A DNA stretch of 64,000 nt from Eledone cirrhosa (lineage: Eukaryota), in assembly GCA_964016885.1 (NCBI GenBank), contig OZ024743.1, positions 61,938,001-62,002,000 on the forward strand. The letters are read 5' to 3'. Position numbers and translations under genes: made by a program. Positions 60,263 to 64,000 of this stretch are shown one piece after another (position 1 is the stretch's first letter; the number at the start of each line of letters is the position of its first letter). The notes under the pieces were generated by a model. That model was given only the letters and a program-made list of their open reading frames with translations. It did not search any database and was not told the DNA's origin.

Positions 60263-61612
60263 GCTTATTGGTTATTAAAATAGTTTCAACTTCAAGTTTT
60301 GCTATCCACAAATAAATGATTATTTTACCATGCAATATATGTCTTCCTGTATTTATTTATTTTTATGGAACATTTCTTCAAATACGAAAAAGAATCGAGT
60401 AAACAAATAAAAAGAAAAAATCTTAACAGTTTTACAATCCTGTTCTAGTCTTTTACCAGAAGCTAAGCATCTGTACAAACATCCCACACACGATTAGTTT
60501 GTTGGTTATATTGCAATTTGGCAATAGTAATGAGCGATCTAATATAAAACTTCCACAACTGGTATAGACATTGTTGATAAATATGTGGTTGTTCTTCTTG
60601 TTGGCTCTAATCGAGCTGACATATGGCCAAAGGTATCCCGACCATGACCATCCTATCTTGTTTTTTTATAGAACGCACCCAGTACACTCTGTAAAGTGGT
60701 TGGTGATAGGAAGAGCATCCAACTGTAGAAATCTTGTCAAAAAATGTGTAGGGATGACTTTTTATGACGACCTCCCTAGTGCTGGTGTCACGATAAAATG
60801 CACTCGGCGGACTCGTGTAAAAATGTGGGAACCTATGTAAGCGAGATGCGACCCATGCCTCATTTGAGAAGTCAGTGTCCCCACTTAAATACTGGCGTGG
60901 GTCTGTGACAACATATTCAATCCTTGCTTGCAGGGAAAACGGATGTTAAATGATAATGATGATTATGAAGAAGATGATGATGGGGGATTTCCGTGATATC
61001 TAATATAAAAGAACTGTTACAATCACTGTAGATCTCCGGAAGGTTGAAAGGCAAAGTTGACCTCGGTGGGATTTAATCTTGGGCATAAATATTCTAAGAT
61101 CAACAAATGTTTATCGACTCCAGAAAAATCAAAGGCAACCTCGGCAATATGTGAACGCAGAATATAAAGGACTCTAACATATTTTGTTCGACGCACTAAC
61201 GATTCTGCCGTTTTAATGCAACTATAGAACTGAAGTGGCATCTAAAAATAAACAAACATTGTTATATTTATTTCTTGAAGTGGCGAAATGTTCGCCTATG
61301 GTATTGATTTGGCGTGAGTGAGTGTGGACTGTGTAGTGAAAAATGTAAAGTTATTAACTTTCGTAGTGTTATCAAAGAAATTTTAAAACCAACTTTATTA
61401 GCTCAGCAGACTGGAAAATTATTTTATTTGGGAAAATGTGAGGCATAACTGCGAAAAGGGGTTGCACCTTGTAAAATTAGCTACGTCCTTTAAATACTGT
61501 AGTGTCATATAGATCTCAAAATAAAGTGTGAATTCTAATGAATTGTTTTTCCAATATCCATCATAATTTACGAAGTAGTTTGTTTTTTTAAATTATTTTT
61601 GTTGTCAATCAA

Positions 61613-61795
61613 AATTGTTTCTATTTGGGGCACAAGGCCAGCGATTATCCCAGTGCATTACTGATGTTTTATTTTATCAACCCCGTAAGAATGAAAGGCA
61701 AAGTTAACTTCGGCGGGATTTGAACCGAGACCGTAAGGGGGCGTAACTCTATACTGAAAAGCATGGCGTCCAACCCTCTACCGATACTGCGAAAC
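61613..61795 (-). mobile_element. SINE family A copy
   Basis: Reverse complement of the family A sequence. Confidence 0.85.
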
Positions 61796-63011
61796 CCCAC
61801 ACGGTGTTGTTAATCATAATGAGCGTCACTTGCCATAGCCTCGAGTCGATCCATGACTCTTCAATGAAACTGAATCCCAATTATAACGCAGTTGGAGCAA
61901 AAGTGATCCATGTGCATATTTCCAACAGAAAAATGCACATAAAAATATAGTACTAGCTGGCCCGTCCGGCTGGCGCTCGGCTAGGTATACCTTCCCCCAC
62001 CACTCCACTGCAAAGATACCACACACCCTCCCGTGTCACATTGTCCTTCCGACATCGTAACAAAAGGGAGGAGCTACCATAGAAATGAGTTTAAAAAGAA
62101 AGAGTTAAGCTGTGTTATTAAAAACTGTTATTAATTCTTAAATGAATATTGAAATACCCAACTGGTGACTCTAACTGTATTAGTGGCGGTACTAAGCGGG
62201 TTGTTTGAAGTGATTTTGTTTTTTATGGCATGTTGAGAGAAGTGAAACGAAATGAACTGGACCTCCATCAGTTTCAATGGTTGATGTTTTAGTTATTCCA
62301 TAAACAAAACAGCCTCCTCGTGAAATGTACGTGTTAATAGCTAAGCATTTCATAAACACATGTACCCTTAATGATGTTTCCAAGGAGTTTCAGCGTGATA
62401 CAGTGTGTGTGAAGGTTGGCCCTTCGAATTATAATGACAGTCCATCCGACGGGTTTTCAAAGTACCCTTCTACCCAGTTTTACTCACAAGACATGAGAGT
62501 ACCTGAGGCTATTGAAAACCACTTGCCCAATATGACAGGAAGAGGTGATCAAACATTAGACCGAGTGATTGCGAGGCGAACTCCTAAATCATTTGGCCAT
62601 TTTGAGTCCTAAAGGAGTAAAATAGGTGAGGATTTTTAACACCAAAAGTCACTGTATCTTCTGGCTAATTGAAGAAACTCTGTCAATTGTAAAGAGTGTC
62701 ACTAGCTGGAAACATAACACCGTGAACCCACTACAACAATGAGTATTGTCAGTGAAATAGAGGTCGTAATGTTCGGGAACATCCGCTGTTTTAGATACGT
62801 TGATATCAGCTAAGGATAGCATTGTCAAATAAAAGATTCCTAATAAATCTTAACGTGTTCTTCTATACATACATATATGTGTATGTGTGTGTGTGTCTTT
62901 TCTATACACACACACACATATATATATATACGTGTGTCTGTCGCGTGTGTTATGACTGTGTGTATATGTTGTATGTTTTGTGTGAGTACCTATTGTGTGT
63001 GTGTCTACACT

Positions 63012-63046
<35 letters not shown>

Positions 63047-63309
63047 GGGTGGTGGGCGACACAGACAGTCAACTACAAATGTTTGTGTATTTATATATGC
63101 GTATCTGTGTGTGAGGAGAGAAATGGGGAGAGAGACACAGAGAACTACATGCGTTTGTGTTGGGGGAGGGATAATGGTTCCTAGCAGCAGTAACAATAGA
63201 AATATTGTATTACATACTCAGCAGTGAGTATGTAAACCCAATACATGCCTAACGTAGATTAACAGTTAGTTGTACCAATTTAATTAGTGTCTACCTTTCA
63301 CTCATGTAA

Positions 63310-63601
63310 ATTATCGCGAAGACCTGCTAACCACTGTGAAGAAAAGAAAAGGAGATGGTACAGTGGTGTGACAAGATCTGATGGATTGACTAAGACCATC
63401 CTCCAAGGAACAGTTCAGGAGAAAAGAAAACAAGGACGTTAGAAGAAAAGAATGGGCAGATAGCATCATGAAATAGACCGATAAAGACTTCGCAACAATT
63501 CGAGTCCTGACTTACGACAAGGATAAATGAAGGGAAGTGTTACACTACTCCACCACCCTTCTGTGCCACCTCCACAACCCGGGAGGGTCACAGGATCGGT
63601 A
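63310..63601 (+). mobile_element. RTE-clade LINE C-terminal remnant
   Basis: DLLTTVKKRK/RWYSGVTRSDGLTKTILQGTVQEKRKQGR*KK/WADSI resembles the RTE RWYGHV..KTILQG..GR..W.D motif. Confidence 0.8.
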
Positions 63602-63756
63602 ATTTTATCAGTAAGATTAGCAGAAGTAGAATTTGTTTGTTTGTTTGTTTGTTTGTTACTGTAGACCATGATAATTTGAGACCCACACTCGATATCTAGG
63701 AGCTGCATGTTCCAGTGCTGAAGGAAACGGCAAAAGATATTTCAGGTCAAATGAAA

Positions 63757-63912
63757 ATAATTGTTTCTATTTTAGGCACAAGGCCAGCAATTACCCAGTA
63801 CATTACTGGTACTTTATTTTATCGACCCCGTAAGGATGAAAGGCAAAGTTAACCTCGGCGGGATTTGAACTCAGATCATAAAGGGACGTAACTCTATGCT
63901 TCAAAGCATGGT
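63757..63912 (-). mobile_element. SINE family A copy, 5'-truncated, flanked by GGTCAAATGAAAATAA direct repeat
   Basis: Consensus-like core; direct repeat at ~63745 and ~63910. Confidence 0.85.
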
Positions 63913-64000
63913 CAAATGAAAATAATGTTCGTATAGTTGTGAGAGTAGAAAACTGATTTACCTTCTAATGTTATGTATGGGTCGGAGACGGAGCCTCTAG

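Overview
Eukaryotic, AT-rich, repeat-saturated DNA with no recognisable host protein-coding or RNA gene; the SINE families and microsatellite load look like an Octopus (cephalopod) genome, which is inferred from memory of such repeats and not from a search. Bases 1-16278 are a 22/23-bp satellite with two higher-order-repeat domains and one in-place inverted monomer. The rest is a graveyard of retroelements: four CRE-clade fragments (restriction-like endonuclease, RLE), two R4/Dong-like fragments, Tx1/L1, Ingi/Vingi-like and several RTE 3' ends, a non-autonomous Helitron and many tRNA-type SINEs. It also holds a Penelope-like element (RT + GIY-YIG) with a hammerhead ribozyme in its pLTR, embedded in a polarised (TA)nTGTT array of 0.5 + 4.8 kb. 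Best leads: the Penelope/hammerhead/(TA)nTGTT association, a 615-bp tandem repeat with a permuted hammerhead-like motif (retrozyme-like), and repeated TA-mediated template-switch footprints. Most long ORFs in the track are microsatellite artefacts. Boundaries of degraded elements are approximate.
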